Counted from the first letter of the stretch, positions 39,232-49,902 are shown. The stretch is DNA of 64,000 bases from Candidatus Latescibacterota bacterium (GCA_965217585.1 OZ244561.1:6784001-6848000), one strand, 5' to 3'. Numbers and translations: made by a program. The notes: a model not told the origin generated them from the sequence alone.

Positions 39232-40218
39232 CTATGGACAATCCGCGCCTCGCGCGCTATCAATGCCGTCAAGCCAGCTTTGAAAGTCCGCGTCCACCGG
39301 CGCACAAAGCCCTGGGTCGTCGAACCAAAAAGTCTCCAGCCGCAACAGCTTCGTCAGGCTCTGCGGAAGCGGGCCAGTCAATGAGCGATTAGAGGTAAAC
39401 CTCAGGTTTGTAAGGTTGGACAAATTGCCCAACGACGACGGAATCCCGCCCGACAAAGCATTGAAAAAAAGACCCAGTGTCTCAAGGTTGGACAGATTGC
39501 CCAAGGACGACGGAATCTCACCCGACAGAGCATTGAAAAAAAGACCTAGATACTCAAGGTTAGATAAATTGCCCAAAGCGTCTGGAATCCCACCCGATAG
39601 ATTATTTGTCCCAAGATGCAGGTACTCGAGGTTGGACAAATTGCCCAAGGCGTCTGGTAGCTCACCCGACAGACCGTTTGAACGAAGATCTAATTCCGTG
39701 ACATGACCGTCGATAACCCTGACGCCGTGCCAAGCAAGACCATGGTCGGTCAACCAATTTGTATTCATCGTCCAGTTGGGACCATCGGTCGCCTCGTAGA
39801 GCGCGACTAAAGCCTCGCGTTCGTGCGCGACTGTCGGTGCCACCGGCTTGACGACGGTGACCTCAAAGGTCACTTCGTTGCTCTGCTGACCGCTGGCATC
39901 CGTGGCGGAGACCGTGATCGTCGTAGTACCCACCGCAACCCCTGTGAGAGTAAGGATGGCTCCGTTCAGGGAGGCGAGGGCGACCCCGGTATGGTCAGAC
40001 GAGACCCGTAGCGCATAAATGTCCTCGGAATCGGCATCGATAAGAATGACCTCTACCTTCACTTGGCCACCTACATCGACGATCTGATCGGCGATAGCCT
40101 CAATAGAGGGCGCGTTCACGGGATTGTCACCGCCACAGCCGACGAGGCAAAGCGCAAGGCCCAAAAGGGAGAGTACGGTAACACAGAAAAATCGCGTAGC
40201 GCGCTCCTGGAGTCGCAT
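39232..40218 (-). CDS. Lipoprotein with Ig/cadherin-like domain and plant-type leucine-rich repeats
   Basis: Lipobox LVGC; NAPSIEAIADQ...TTITVSATD Ig-like segment; EREALVALYEATDGPNW cap; 24-aa repeats LSGxIPxxLGNLSNLExLxLxxN. Confidence 0.9.
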   Translation of the reverse strand: MRLQERATRFFCVTVLSLLGLALCLVGCGGDNPVNAPSIEAIADQIVDVGGQVKVEVILIDADSEDIYALRVSSDHTGVALASLNGAILTLTGVAVGTTTITVSATDASGQQSNEVTFEVTVVKPVAPTVAHEREALVALYEATDGPNWTMNTNWLTDHGLAWHGVRVIDGHVTELDLRSNGLSGELPDALGNLSNLEYLHLGTNNLSGGIPDALGNLSNLEYLGLFFNALSGEIPSSLGNLSNLETLGLFFNALSGGIPSSLGNLSNLTNLRFTSNRSLTGPLPQSLTKLLRLETFWFDDPGLCAPVDADFQSWLDGIDSARGADCP

Positions 40219-40324
40219 GGGATTTCTCCTTTTGCTGGCTGCACAACGCCGCCTACTCGTCCTCGTTCGGCTCGTGCATGTTCCCTAGTGGGGGGTGTCC
40301 AGATGAACGGCTAGCCCCATCCCC

Positions 40325-42421
40325 TCATGGGAGCTTGGTCGTCTTCTTAGCTTCTATCTGTCCATCCACCTCGACCTTATAGATATACATCCCGGCGGCT
40401 ACCCCCTTGCCCGCCTCGTCGCGGCCATCCCAAGTAAAACGATGCGTACCCGCGCCGAGCGGCCCGTCCCACAACTGCCGCACCCGACGACCCAACACAT
40501 CGTACAGGATCAGCGACACCTGCGCCGCGTCCGTCGCCAAATCAAGGGGGATCACTACAGCGGGATTGAATGGATTGGGATAGCTGTCGCCGAGCCGATA
40601 CTGTGCCGGTCGAATTATCGTCGGCGTCTGTACTGCCGTCGGTTGCTCGCCCAGCGAACTTTTGAGCACATGTACCCCACCCAACAGCGGATCTAACACA
40701 ACCAAGTCGAGAGCGCCGTCGCTATCGACATCTCCAGAGAGTACTTCTACCCCATGCCCCTGCAGGCGATGCCTTTCCACTGCTCGGGTTGGATTTACGC
40801 CTCCGCCCCATTCGACAAACACCCCAAGGCCCGAGGCGCGATTCCCGCCGATAAATACCCAATCCTCGACCCCGTCGGCGTCCAAGTCGCGCACCATCAC
40901 CGGCGAGCGCAGAAACAGCCGATCGTCGTATAGTACCTCCTCTTCTACTACGCCCCCGGCTCCCCCTCTCTGTACGACCAAGCCCTTGAGACCTTCGTAT
41001 CGGACGCGGACGAGCGACGTCAGCAGATCTACTTGCCCATCGCCATCAAAATCGCCCACTCCTAACGTCCTCGCCTCGGCATCGAATTCAAACATCTCGC
41101 CGCTCTGAAGCTCATCGCCCAAGGCCCCCACGATCCGCGTGTTCGCCTGCCCGTGGATCGGTTGCCACAGCACCTCCAGCATTCCATCGCCCGTAAAGTT
41201 GCCGATCTGAGCGGCCACATGGTTTTCAGCGGCAGCCACCTCGGAAGAGATCCACATCCCATTCTCTATATCCCAGACATCTAACGTGCTTCCTTCTAAC
41301 GTAGCATGCCCTACAAACAACTCGACATCGCCGTCGCCATCCCAATCCGCCATATCCCTCAACCAACGATCATCTATCTCGATAAGCATCTCCAGTTGGA
41401 GGTCCGACTCGATGGACCAAACTTCGGTCACGGCACTGATACGCCTATTCCCGCGTTCATCCTGCGTCACCTTGGCGAGTCGATACGTCACTATTTCGTC
41501 CTTGCCATCACCGGTCAAATCGCCGGCAAGCATCTCTATCGTCCCAAGAGAGACGACCTCCTCTGTGAGCACGGCCTCAAAGGTACCCTCGCCGTCATTG
41601 AGGGCCATGGTCCAGCCACTTTCTTCTATGACCCTATCCCAAACACTATCCCAAGAGGCAAAAAGGTCTGCGTCGCCATCGCCATCCAAGTCCGTCAAGA
41701 TGCCGGCCCTCTCTCCATAAGCTCCTACTCCCGGCGTAATCGGATAGAAAACCGGCGGCGCAAAAAATCCATCCCCATCAAAACGAAAGTACTCTACGTG
41801 CGGCGGCGGGAGTTCACCCTGTAGGGATTCTTCAAAGCCGCTCAACTCGATCCAGTCAATCTCAATCTCCCCAACCACATCGTCCTCGTTCCGATCTAGG
41901 ATAAAATTCAGCCGAATATCCCTTAATAAATCCTCCCACATGACCTCGTCTTGGCCGACAAAGGAAAACTCTACTTCCTGCCACTCGGTGGTGTAAACGA
42001 AGTCTGTTTGTCCTAAAAGCTCAAATCGACTTTTGGACCGATTATCTGGGTCCTCACCCGGAGATATAAAGTTGTGCTCATTGGTCCAGGTGAGCCAAAA
42101 GGAACCGACCGTAGGGCTGTGATGTACGGTGCGGAATCGGACCCAGATCTGGTCGAACAGATGCGAATCGTGCCCTATGGTGGGGGAAATCAATTCGGCA
42201 CTCGGCCTAGACCAATCCCCAGTAATAGAGGGTGAGACATCGATCTTCCACACGCCGTCTTCGACTATACCGGGAAAAACGTCAAATTCACGCGGCCCAC
42301 CCAATGTAAGAGGATCTTTAGCGACCCATCCTTGCGTCGTCCCATCGTCGAACTCCCAAATGATCGCCTCGGCGAGGCCAGGCCACAGCGCAATCCACAC
42401 AACAACGGCGAGCTTCAACAT
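40325..42421 (-). CDS. Secreted FG-GAP/VCBS protein with CTD (KTTKLP class)
   Basis: MLKLAVVVW signal peptide; same architecture; close paralog of 46609-48720. Confidence 0.9.
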   Translation of the reverse strand: MLKLAVVVWIALWPGLAEAIIWEFDDGTTQGWVAKDPLTLGGPREFDVFPGIVEDGVWKIDVSPSITGDWSRPSAELISPTIGHDSHLFDQIWVRFRTVHHSPTVGSFWLTWTNEHNFISPGEDPDNRSKSRFELLGQTDFVYTTEWQEVEFSFVGQDEVMWEDLLRDIRLNFILDRNEDDVVGEIEIDWIELSGFEESLQGELPPPHVEYFRFDGDGFFAPPVFYPITPGVGAYGERAGILTDLDGDGDADLFASWDSVWDRVIEESGWTMALNDGEGTFEAVLTEEVVSLGTIEMLAGDLTGDGKDEIVTYRLAKVTQDERGNRRISAVTEVWSIESDLQLEMLIEIDDRWLRDMADWDGDGDVELFVGHATLEGSTLDVWDIENGMWISSEVAAAENHVAAQIGNFTGDGMLEVLWQPIHGQANTRIVGALGDELQSGEMFEFDAEARTLGVGDFDGDGQVDLLTSLVRVRYEGLKGLVVQRGGAGGVVEEEVLYDDRLFLRSPVMVRDLDADGVEDWVFIGGNRASGLGVFVEWGGGVNPTRAVERHRLQGHGVEVLSGDVDSDGALDLVVLDPLLGGVHVLKSSLGEQPTAVQTPTIIRPAQYRLGDSYPNPFNPAVVIPLDLATDAAQVSLILYDVLGRRVRQLWDGPLGAGTHRFTWDGRDEAGKGVAAGMYIYKVEVDGQIEAKKTTKLP

Positions 42422-42459
42422 GACGGAACCTCCATACCGAACTCCGCAGGACGGGTTCA

Positions 42460-44430
42460 TCACAAATGTTCCTCGATTTTTGTCACAATCTCATCAACGT
42501 CCCATACCCGCAAAAACTTTTCCACAATCAGCCCTTGTGGATCCACCAGATAATACCGGGGGATGCCGCTCACATTATAGGCTTGCGCTACTTGCTCCGA
42601 GCGCACGTGGACGCCTTTGATCTCGTGTTTGGCAATGGCCCTCTTCCAAGCTCCCCCGTCCACGTCCTTCGAGATATTAAGGAAGACGACCGGCTGAGCG
42701 GCCATTTGTTGCTTGATCTTGCGGAGGGACCGAAAGTCGGCGATACAAGGTCCGCACCAACTCGCCCAGAAATCCAGCAAGACCACCTTGCCCTTGAACT
42801 GGCTCAGCGATACGGGCTGGCCGTCGAGGTCATTCAGGGTAAAATCGGGAGCCGGTTGCCCCGGTTGCAGCGTCAAGAGCTTGTTCATTTCTGCTTGGAG
42901 CGCCTCGGTGTATTCTGGGAAGGGATTGCTCGCCTCAAAGGATTGCCAGCGGGCATCCACATAGGCTTCATAGCTGCGCCTAATTCCATGCATCAACTCT
43001 CCAGCCAAAAACCAGTAGAGCACCCGCCCTTGCAGTTTTTGCTTGGCGAGGTCGTATCGTTCTGCACCTTCTCGGGAGGCATGAAAACTTGGTCCGGCAA
43101 GGACGGAGTCGAGTTGGGCGTGGACAGCCGGCGATAGACCCAAGGCCGCTAAATCAATCCCATGGGACGGCTTGAGCGGTTGACGGTTTTGGTACATGGA
43201 GTCGAGTTGGGCTTGGGCGGCTGGTGATAACTCCAAACTCGACAAGTCAACCTCTGCCGATAGCGGGCGATTGTGTGTGTATTCAAACCACTCGTTGAGT
43301 TTGGCCCGTAGTATATGGAAGGTCAAACTCCCGCCCGTCGTATCGATCCTCGTGGTATCACTGATGTGAATACTATGCTTCTCATAAGAGTCGAGTTGGG
43401 CTTGGGCGGCTGGCGATAACTCCAAACCCAACCAAGCGGCCTTTTCGGACGCACTGATCTCTTTGGGATCTTCGTACATGGAGTCGAGTTGGGATTGGAC
43501 GGACTCTGACAGACCCAATCCCGCCATATCGATCATTTGTGATAGCTTGGGCGGATTGTTCGCGTCGTACATAGAGTCGAGTAGGGCGTGGACGGCCGGC
43601 GACAGATCCAACCCCGACAACTTGTACCTATCGGCAAGTCTAGGTGGCCTGTCCGACTTCTTCGCCAACTCTAGGATGTTCACCAGAAACCGGCGATACT
43701 CCTGCACGCCAATAGCCTTTTCATCCATCAAGGCGATTTCTTGCAGGAAGTCGTAGTAATCCGAGGGAACCGCTCTTCTGTCGGAGGGCTTGACGTTGAC
43801 CCTGCCCACTACGCCGTTTTTAAACGAATACAGCGGATATTGGGTCATCTGCCTAGCCCACTTGTAGTTGATGAAGGCCGTCATATAGTCGATGAACCCC
43901 TGAGAAAGGGCGTGTTTTTCGCGGCCCTCGGCTAGCAAGGCAAATTCATCCCGACGCTGCTGTTCCACTTCGCGTGAAAATTCTTCCGGCTCCAGTGCAG
44001 GATCTGAGCCGTAACGATATTGGGGTCGATCGGCTAAGAAGCGATTGTTGTCCGCGCCCCGGCCGCTAAAAGTCAGGGTGTCGGTTTCCACCCACATCGA
44101 CGAGTCGGTCTCCGGCACCTCAAAGGTTACGACCGCATGCAGGCTGTCGCCGGGTTCGACAAATAAGGGGAAGTATTCCCCGTCTTTGTAATACCCACTG
44201 ACCAAAACTCCCTTGGGAATGTTCAAGAGCAGGGCAAAGCGGTTTTGCTCGTCCAAGACGATGTAGTGTTCGGACGGCCCGGGAGCGAGTAGTGGTTCGT
44301 GGCGGAACTCGATGTCCCGCGATGGAGCGTTGTGGACTTCGCCGGTGATGATCGCGGTGTGTGGTGCTTGGGCTAGCCCCACACTCGCTGTACTGAGCAG
44401 GGCGACGAGGACGCAACGGTATGGATTCAT
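42460..44430 (-). CDS. Exported TlpA-family thiol-disulfide oxidoreductase with long N-terminal region
   Basis: Signal peptide; C-terminal PAPDFTL...KGKVVLLDFWASWCGPC...IPRYYLVDPQG. Confidence 0.92.
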   Translation of the reverse strand: MNPYRCVLVALLSTASVGLAQAPHTAIITGEVHNAPSRDIEFRHEPLLAPGPSEHYIVLDEQNRFALLLNIPKGVLVSGYYKDGEYFPLFVEPGDSLHAVVTFEVPETDSSMWVETDTLTFSGRGADNNRFLADRPQYRYGSDPALEPEEFSREVEQQRRDEFALLAEGREKHALSQGFIDYMTAFINYKWARQMTQYPLYSFKNGVVGRVNVKPSDRRAVPSDYYDFLQEIALMDEKAIGVQEYRRFLVNILELAKKSDRPPRLADRYKLSGLDLSPAVHALLDSMYDANNPPKLSQMIDMAGLGLSESVQSQLDSMYEDPKEISASEKAAWLGLELSPAAQAQLDSYEKHSIHISDTTRIDTTGGSLTFHILRAKLNEWFEYTHNRPLSAEVDLSSLELSPAAQAQLDSMYQNRQPLKPSHGIDLAALGLSPAVHAQLDSVLAGPSFHASREGAERYDLAKQKLQGRVLYWFLAGELMHGIRRSYEAYVDARWQSFEASNPFPEYTEALQAEMNKLLTLQPGQPAPDFTLNDLDGQPVSLSQFKGKVVLLDFWASWCGPCIADFRSLRKIKQQMAAQPVVFLNISKDVDGGAWKRAIAKHEIKGVHVRSEQVAQAYNVSGIPRYYLVDPQGLIVEKFLRVWDVDEIVTKIEEHL

Positions 44431-44469
44431 CAGGCTTTTCCTTTTTAATGGTCTGTAAAAGACCTCCCT

Positions 44470-44500
44470 TTATGGCAGCTTGGTCGTCTTCTTGGCTTCC
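44470..44500 (-). pseudogene. 31-bp scar of a deleted FG-GAP gene (EAKKTTKLP*)
   Basis: Only the CTD terminus remains between two TlpA genes; junction at GGAAGCC. Confidence 0.75.
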
Positions 44501-46567
44501 TCACAGATTCTCCTCGATTTTTGCCACAACCTCATCAACGTCCCATACCCTCAAACGATCCTCCACAATCATCCCTTGTGGATTGACCAGATAATACCGA
44601 GGGATGCCGCTTACATTATAGGATTGCGCTACTTGGTTCGAGCGCACGTGGACGCCTTTGATCTCGTGTTTGGCAATGGCCTGCTTCCAAGCTTCGGCGT
44701 TCGCATCCAACGAGACGTTGAGGAAGACGACCGGCTGAGCGGCCACTTGTTCCTTGATCTGGCGGAGGAGGCCCAAGTCGCCGATGCACGGTCCACACCA
44801 ACTCGCCCAGAAATCCAGCAAGACCACTTTGCCCTTGAACTGGCTCAGCGATACGGGTTGGCCGTCGAGATCATTGAGGGTAAAATCGGGAGCGGGTTGC
44901 CCCGGTTGCAGCGTCGAGAGCTTATTCAGTTCCGCTTGGAGGGCCTCGGTGTATTCGGGGAAGGGATTGCTCTCCGCAAAGGATTGCCAGCGGGCATCTA
45001 CAAAGGCTTCGCAGCCGAAGCTAATTCCAAGCATCAACTCCCTAGCCAGAGACCAATAGAGCACTCGCCCTTGCAGTTTTTGCGGGGTGAGGTCGTATCG
45101 TTCTGGAGTCCCTGGATAGATTCGAAAACTCGGTCCGGCAAAGATGGAGTCGAGTTGGGCTTGGACAGCCGGCGACAGACCCAAGGCCGCTAAGTCAATC
45201 CTCTGGGACAGCTTGAGCGGTGGACTGTCTTGGTACATGGAGAACATGGAGTCGAGTTGGACTTGGGCTGCGGGCGCTAACTCCAAACTCGACAAGTCAA
45301 TCCGTGCAGACAGCGGGCGATTGCGTGTGTATTCGTACCACTCTTTGATTTTTGCCGATGGTATATTGAGGGTCAACTCTCCACCCGTCGTATCGATCCT
45401 AACAGTATCCTCCCTACTGTGGGCCGTAATATACTCCTCATAGGAGTCGAGTTCGGCTTGGGCAGCAGGTGATAACTCCAACCCCAACCAAGCGGCCTTT
45501 TCAGAGGCACTGATCTTTTTGCGGTCTTCGTACATGGAGTCGAGTCGAGCCTGGACGCTCTCTGCTAGCCCTACCCCCGCCAGATCGATCCTCTGCGATA
45601 GTTTGCGGTGGATGTGGATGTCCGCGTTGTACATGGAGTCGAGCCGGGCGTGGACGGCCGGCGACAGACCCAACCCCGACAACTTGTACCTATCGGCAAG
45701 TCTAGATGGCCTGTGCTCCTCCGCCTCCAACGCTAGCGCGTTATCCACCTCCAAGTCTAGCGCGTTCACCACAAACCAGCGGTACTCTTGGACGCCAATC
45801 GCCTTTTCATCCATCAAGGGGATTTCTTGCAGGAAGTCGTAGTAGTCCGGGGGAACCGCTCTTCTCTCGGAGGGTTTGACGTTGAATCGGCGCATCCAAT
45901 GGCCGTCTCTAAACGCAAACATCGGATAGGAAATCATCTGATCGGCCCACTTGTAGTTGAAGAAGGCCGTCATATAGTCGATGAACCCCGGAGAAAGGGC
46001 CTGTTTTTCGCGCCCCTCGGCCAACAAGGCAAACTCATCCCGACGCCGCTGTTCTATTTGGCGTGAAAACTCTTCGGGCTCCAGCGCATTGTCTGGATCG
46101 AAGGCACTATGTCGAGGCCAGAACTCCGCTAAAAAGCGATTGTTGTCCGCACCCCGGCCGCTAAAAGTCAGGGAGTAGGGGGCCTCATCTGCGGCACTGG
46201 GCAAACTGTCGGGTTCCACCGCCGCCGAAGAATCGGCCTCCGTCACCTCGGCGAAGGTAACAACAGCGTGCAGGCTGTCGCCGGGTTCGACAAAGAATGG
46301 GATGAGGAAGTATCGCTCGCCTTTGTAATACCCGGTGACGAAAATTCCTTTGGAAGTGTTCAAGAGCAGGGCAAAGCGGTTTTGCTCGTCCAAGACGATG
46401 GGGTGCTCGGACGGCCCAAGAGCGAGTAGCGGTTCGTGGCGGAACTCGACTTCCCGCGACGGGGCGTTGTGGACTTCACCGGTGACAATCGCGGCGTGTG
46501 GTGATTGGGCTAGCCCCACGCTTGCTGTACTAAGCAGGGCGACGAGGATGCTAAGGTATGGGTTCAT
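44501..46567 (-). CDS. Exported TlpA-family thiol-disulfide oxidoreductase, tandem paralog
   Basis: DFWASWCGPC; collinear with 42460-44430. Confidence 0.92.
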   Translation of the reverse strand: MNPYLSILVALLSTASVGLAQSPHAAIVTGEVHNAPSREVEFRHEPLLALGPSEHPIVLDEQNRFALLLNTSKGIFVTGYYKGERYFLIPFFVEPGDSLHAVVTFAEVTEADSSAAVEPDSLPSAADEAPYSLTFSGRGADNNRFLAEFWPRHSAFDPDNALEPEEFSRQIEQRRRDEFALLAEGREKQALSPGFIDYMTAFFNYKWADQMISYPMFAFRDGHWMRRFNVKPSERRAVPPDYYDFLQEIPLMDEKAIGVQEYRWFVVNALDLEVDNALALEAEEHRPSRLADRYKLSGLGLSPAVHARLDSMYNADIHIHRKLSQRIDLAGVGLAESVQARLDSMYEDRKKISASEKAAWLGLELSPAAQAELDSYEEYITAHSREDTVRIDTTGGELTLNIPSAKIKEWYEYTRNRPLSARIDLSSLELAPAAQVQLDSMFSMYQDSPPLKLSQRIDLAALGLSPAVQAQLDSIFAGPSFRIYPGTPERYDLTPQKLQGRVLYWSLARELMLGISFGCEAFVDARWQSFAESNPFPEYTEALQAELNKLSTLQPGQPAPDFTLNDLDGQPVSLSQFKGKVVLLDFWASWCGPCIGDLGLLRQIKEQVAAQPVVFLNVSLDANAEAWKQAIAKHEIKGVHVRSNQVAQSYNVSGIPRYYLVNPQGMIVEDRLRVWDVDEVVAKIEENL

Positions 46568-46608
46568 CAGGCTTTTCCTTTCTAATGGTCTGTAAAAGAC
46601 CTCCTCCC

Positions 46609-48720
46609 TTATGGGAGCTTGGTCGTCTTCTTGGCTTCTATCTGTCCGTCCACCTCGACCTTATAGATATACACTCCAGCGGCCACCCCCTTGCCGACCT
46701 CGTCGCGGCCATCCCAAGTAAAACGATGGCTCCCCGCCCGCAGCGGCCCGTCCCACAACTGCCGCACTCTACGACCCAACACGTCGTAGAGTGCCAAGTG
46801 GACTTGCTTTTGGTCCGTCGCCAAATTGAGGGGAATCACCATTGTGGGATTGAACGGATTGGGATAGCTGTCGCCGAGCCGATACTGTGCTGGTCGAATT
46901 ATCGTCGGCGTCTGTACTGCCGTCGGCTGCCCGCCCAGCGAACTTTTGAGCACATGCACCCCACCCAACAGCGGATCTAACACGACCAAGTCGAGAGCGC
47001 CGTCGCTATCGACATCCCCGGAGAGCACTTCTACCCCATGCCCCTGCAGGCGATGCCTTTCCACTGCTCGGGTTGGATTCACGCCTCCGCCCCATTCGAC
47101 AAACACCCCAAGGCCCGAGGCGCGGTCTCCGCCGATAAACACCCAATCCTCTACCCCGTCGGCGTCCAAGTCGCGCACCATCACCGGCGAGTTCAGAAAC
47201 AGCCGCTCGTCGTATAGAACCGCCTCTTCTACTATGCCTCCGGTTCCCCCTTTCCGTACGACCAAGCCCTTGAGACCTTCGTTTCGCGTGCGGATGAACG
47301 ACGTGAGCAGATCTACTTGCCCATCGTTATCAAAATCGCCCACCCTTAACGCCTTTGCCTCGGCATCGAATTCAAATATCTCGCCGCTCTGAAGCTCGTC
47401 TCCCAAGGCTCTCACGATCTGCGTGTTCGCCTGCCCGTGGAACGGTACCCACAGCACCTCCAGCATTCCATCGCCCGTAAAGTCGCCGATCTGAGCGGGC
47501 AAATGGTTTTCAGCGGCAGCTACCTCGGAAGAGGTCCACATCCCGTTCTCTATATCCCAGACCTCTAACATGCTTCCTTCTAACGTATCCTTCATTACAA
47601 ACAATTCGACATCGCCGTCGCCATCCCAATCCGCCACATCCCTGAGCCAACGATCATCTATCTCGGTAAGCATTTCCAGTTGGAGGTCCGGCCCGATAGA
47701 CCAAACCTCGGTCGCGGGTCCACTGACACGCATGTGCCCGCTTTCTTCATCCTCCGTCGCCTCAGTAAGTCGATGCGTCACTATTTCGTCCTTGCCATCG
47801 CCGGTCAAATCGCCGCCAAGCACCTCTATCTGCCCATAGCCGACCTCCTCTGTACGCACGGTCGCAAAGGTGCCATCGCCGTCATTGAGGGCCATGGTCC
47901 AGCCGCTTTTTTCTTCAATAGACAGCATAGGAAACTCACTATCCCAAGAGGCGAAAAGGTCTGCATCGCCATCGCCATCCAAGTCCGTCAAGATGCCGGT
48001 CCTCTGTCGTCCATAACCCTTCCCTATACCCGGCGCAATCGGATAGAAAACTGGCGGGGCAAAAAATCCAGCCCCATCAAAGCGAAAGTACTCTACGTGC
48101 GGCGGAGGGAGTTCACCCTGTAGGAGTTCTTCAACGCCGCTCAACTCAATCCAGTCAATCTCAATCTCCCCAACCACGTCGTCCTCGTTCCGATCTAGGA
48201 CAAAATTCAGCCGAATATCCCTTAATAGACCCTCCCATACGACCTCGTCACGGCCGAGGAAGGAAAACTCCACTTCCTGCCACTCGGTGGTGTAAACGAA
48301 GTCCCTTTGTCCTGAAAGCATAAATCGACTTTTGGACCGATTATCTGGGTCCTTACCCGGAGATATAAGGTTGTGGTCATTGGTCCAAACAAGCCAAAAG
48401 AAACCGACTGTAGGGCTGTGATGTACGGTGCGGAATCGGACCCAGATCTGGTCGAACAGACGCGAATCGTACCCTATGGTGGGAGAAATTAATTCGACAT
48501 TCGGACTAGACCAATCCCCGGTGACAGAGGGCGAGACATCGATCTTCCACACGCCGTCTTCGACCGCCCCCGGAAACAGGTTAAATTCAGGCGGCCCACC
48601 CGATGTATGAATTTCTTTAGCGACCCATCCTTGCGTCGTCCCGTCGTCGAACTCCCAAATGATCGCCTCGGCGAGGCCGGGCCACAGCGCAATCCACACA
48701 ACAACGGCGAGCTTTAACAT
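46609..48720 (-). CDS. Secreted FG-GAP/VCBS protein with CTD (KTTKLP class)
   Basis: Same architecture; GGAGG RBS before MLKLAVVVW. Confidence 0.9.
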   Translation of the reverse strand: MLKLAVVVWIALWPGLAEAIIWEFDDGTTQGWVAKEIHTSGGPPEFNLFPGAVEDGVWKIDVSPSVTGDWSSPNVELISPTIGYDSRLFDQIWVRFRTVHHSPTVGFFWLVWTNDHNLISPGKDPDNRSKSRFMLSGQRDFVYTTEWQEVEFSFLGRDEVVWEGLLRDIRLNFVLDRNEDDVVGEIEIDWIELSGVEELLQGELPPPHVEYFRFDGAGFFAPPVFYPIAPGIGKGYGRQRTGILTDLDGDGDADLFASWDSEFPMLSIEEKSGWTMALNDGDGTFATVRTEEVGYGQIEVLGGDLTGDGKDEIVTHRLTEATEDEESGHMRVSGPATEVWSIGPDLQLEMLTEIDDRWLRDVADWDGDGDVELFVMKDTLEGSMLEVWDIENGMWTSSEVAAAENHLPAQIGDFTGDGMLEVLWVPFHGQANTQIVRALGDELQSGEIFEFDAEAKALRVGDFDNDGQVDLLTSFIRTRNEGLKGLVVRKGGTGGIVEEAVLYDERLFLNSPVMVRDLDADGVEDWVFIGGDRASGLGVFVEWGGGVNPTRAVERHRLQGHGVEVLSGDVDSDGALDLVVLDPLLGGVHVLKSSLGGQPTAVQTPTIIRPAQYRLGDSYPNPFNPTMVIPLNLATDQKQVHLALYDVLGRRVRQLWDGPLRAGSHRFTWDGRDEVGKGVAAGVYIYKVEVDGQIEAKKTTKLP

Positions 48721-48759
48721 GACATCACCTCCATACCTAAAGTCCAAAGGACGACTTCC

Positions 48760-49701
48760 TCACAGATGTTCCTCGATTTTTGCCACAACTTTATCAATGT
48801 TCGATACCCCCAATAGACCCAACCCCGACAGCTTGTACCAATCGGCAAGTCTAATTGGCCTGTCCAACTTCACATCCAAGTCTAGGGTGTACTCCAGAAA
48901 CCCGCGATACTCCTGCACGCCAATAGCCTTTTCATCTATCAAGGGGATTTCTTGCAGGAAGTCGTAGTAGTCCGGAGGAACCGCTCTTCTGTCGGAGGGG
49001 TCGGAACTGAAGCGGCGTACTAGTGCGCCGTTTTCAAACAAAAACTGCGGATAGAGAGCCATCTGTTCGGCCCACGTATAGTTGATGCAGGCCGTCATAT
49101 AGTCGATGAATCCCGGTGAAAGCGCGTATTGCTCGCGTCCCTCATCTAGCAAGGCAAATTCATCCCGACGTCGCTGTTCTATTTGGCGTGAAAACTCCTC
49201 GGGCTCCAGCGCATGATCTGGTTTGAAGGAAAGATATTGAGGCCAGAACTCCGCTAAAAAGCGATTGTTCTCCGCGCCCCGGCCGCTAAAAGTCAAGGTG
49301 TAGGAGGGAGGGGCTTCATCGGCTGCACTGTGCAGACTGTCAGGTTCCACCGCCGCTGCAGAGTCGGCTTCCGTCACCTCGGCGAAGGTTACAACAGCGT
49401 GCAGGCTATCGCCGGGTTCAAAAAAGAAGGGGAAGTGGATGTGTTGCTCGCCTTCGTAATCACCGGTGACGAAAATTCCTTTGGGAATGTTCAAGAGAAG
49501 GGCAAAGCGGTTTTGGTCGTCCAAAACGATGTGGTGTTGGGACGGTCCGGGAGCGAGTAGGGGTTTGTAGTAGAACTCGATTTCCCGCGATGGAGGGTTG
49601 TGGAATTCGCCGGTGACGATTGCGGCGCGGGGCTGACTTTGAGCGCTTGTTGCATATAGACAGAGGATCAGGGCCATTAGGGCTGCGGAATATACGCTCA
49701 T
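48760..49701 (-). pseudogene. TlpA paralog with in-frame deletion of the repeats and thioredoxin domain
   Basis: N-terminal domain intact to YKLSGLGL then jumps to the last ~17 residues; no CXXC; could still be expressed. Confidence 0.7.
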
Positions 49702-49763
49702 CAGATTTCCTCTTCCGTTGGGGTTTGAGGAGGACCACGCGGTGCGCGGCTGATGAGATATAA

Positions 49764-49780
49764 GGCACATTCCGTGCCAA
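49764..49780 (-). promoter_or_regulatory. Sigma54 (-24/-12) promoter 3
   Basis: Minus strand TTGGCACG-GAAT-GTGCC. Confidence 0.88.
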
Positions 49781-49801
49781 AGATTGGGCCGCCGACAAAA
49801 A

Positions 49802-49828
49802 AATCCTTTAGGAAGACCCTAAAGGATT
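49802..49828. promoter_or_regulatory. Conserved palindromic site, copy 3
   Basis: AATCCTTTAGG-AAGAC-CCTAAAGGATT. Confidence 0.8.
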
Positions 49829-49902
49829 GAAAAACATGATACTTAAAATAATGTAGTGGAGCGTCCTACGATGCGTGGCCCCAGCCGTCACACAAGACTT
49901 TC

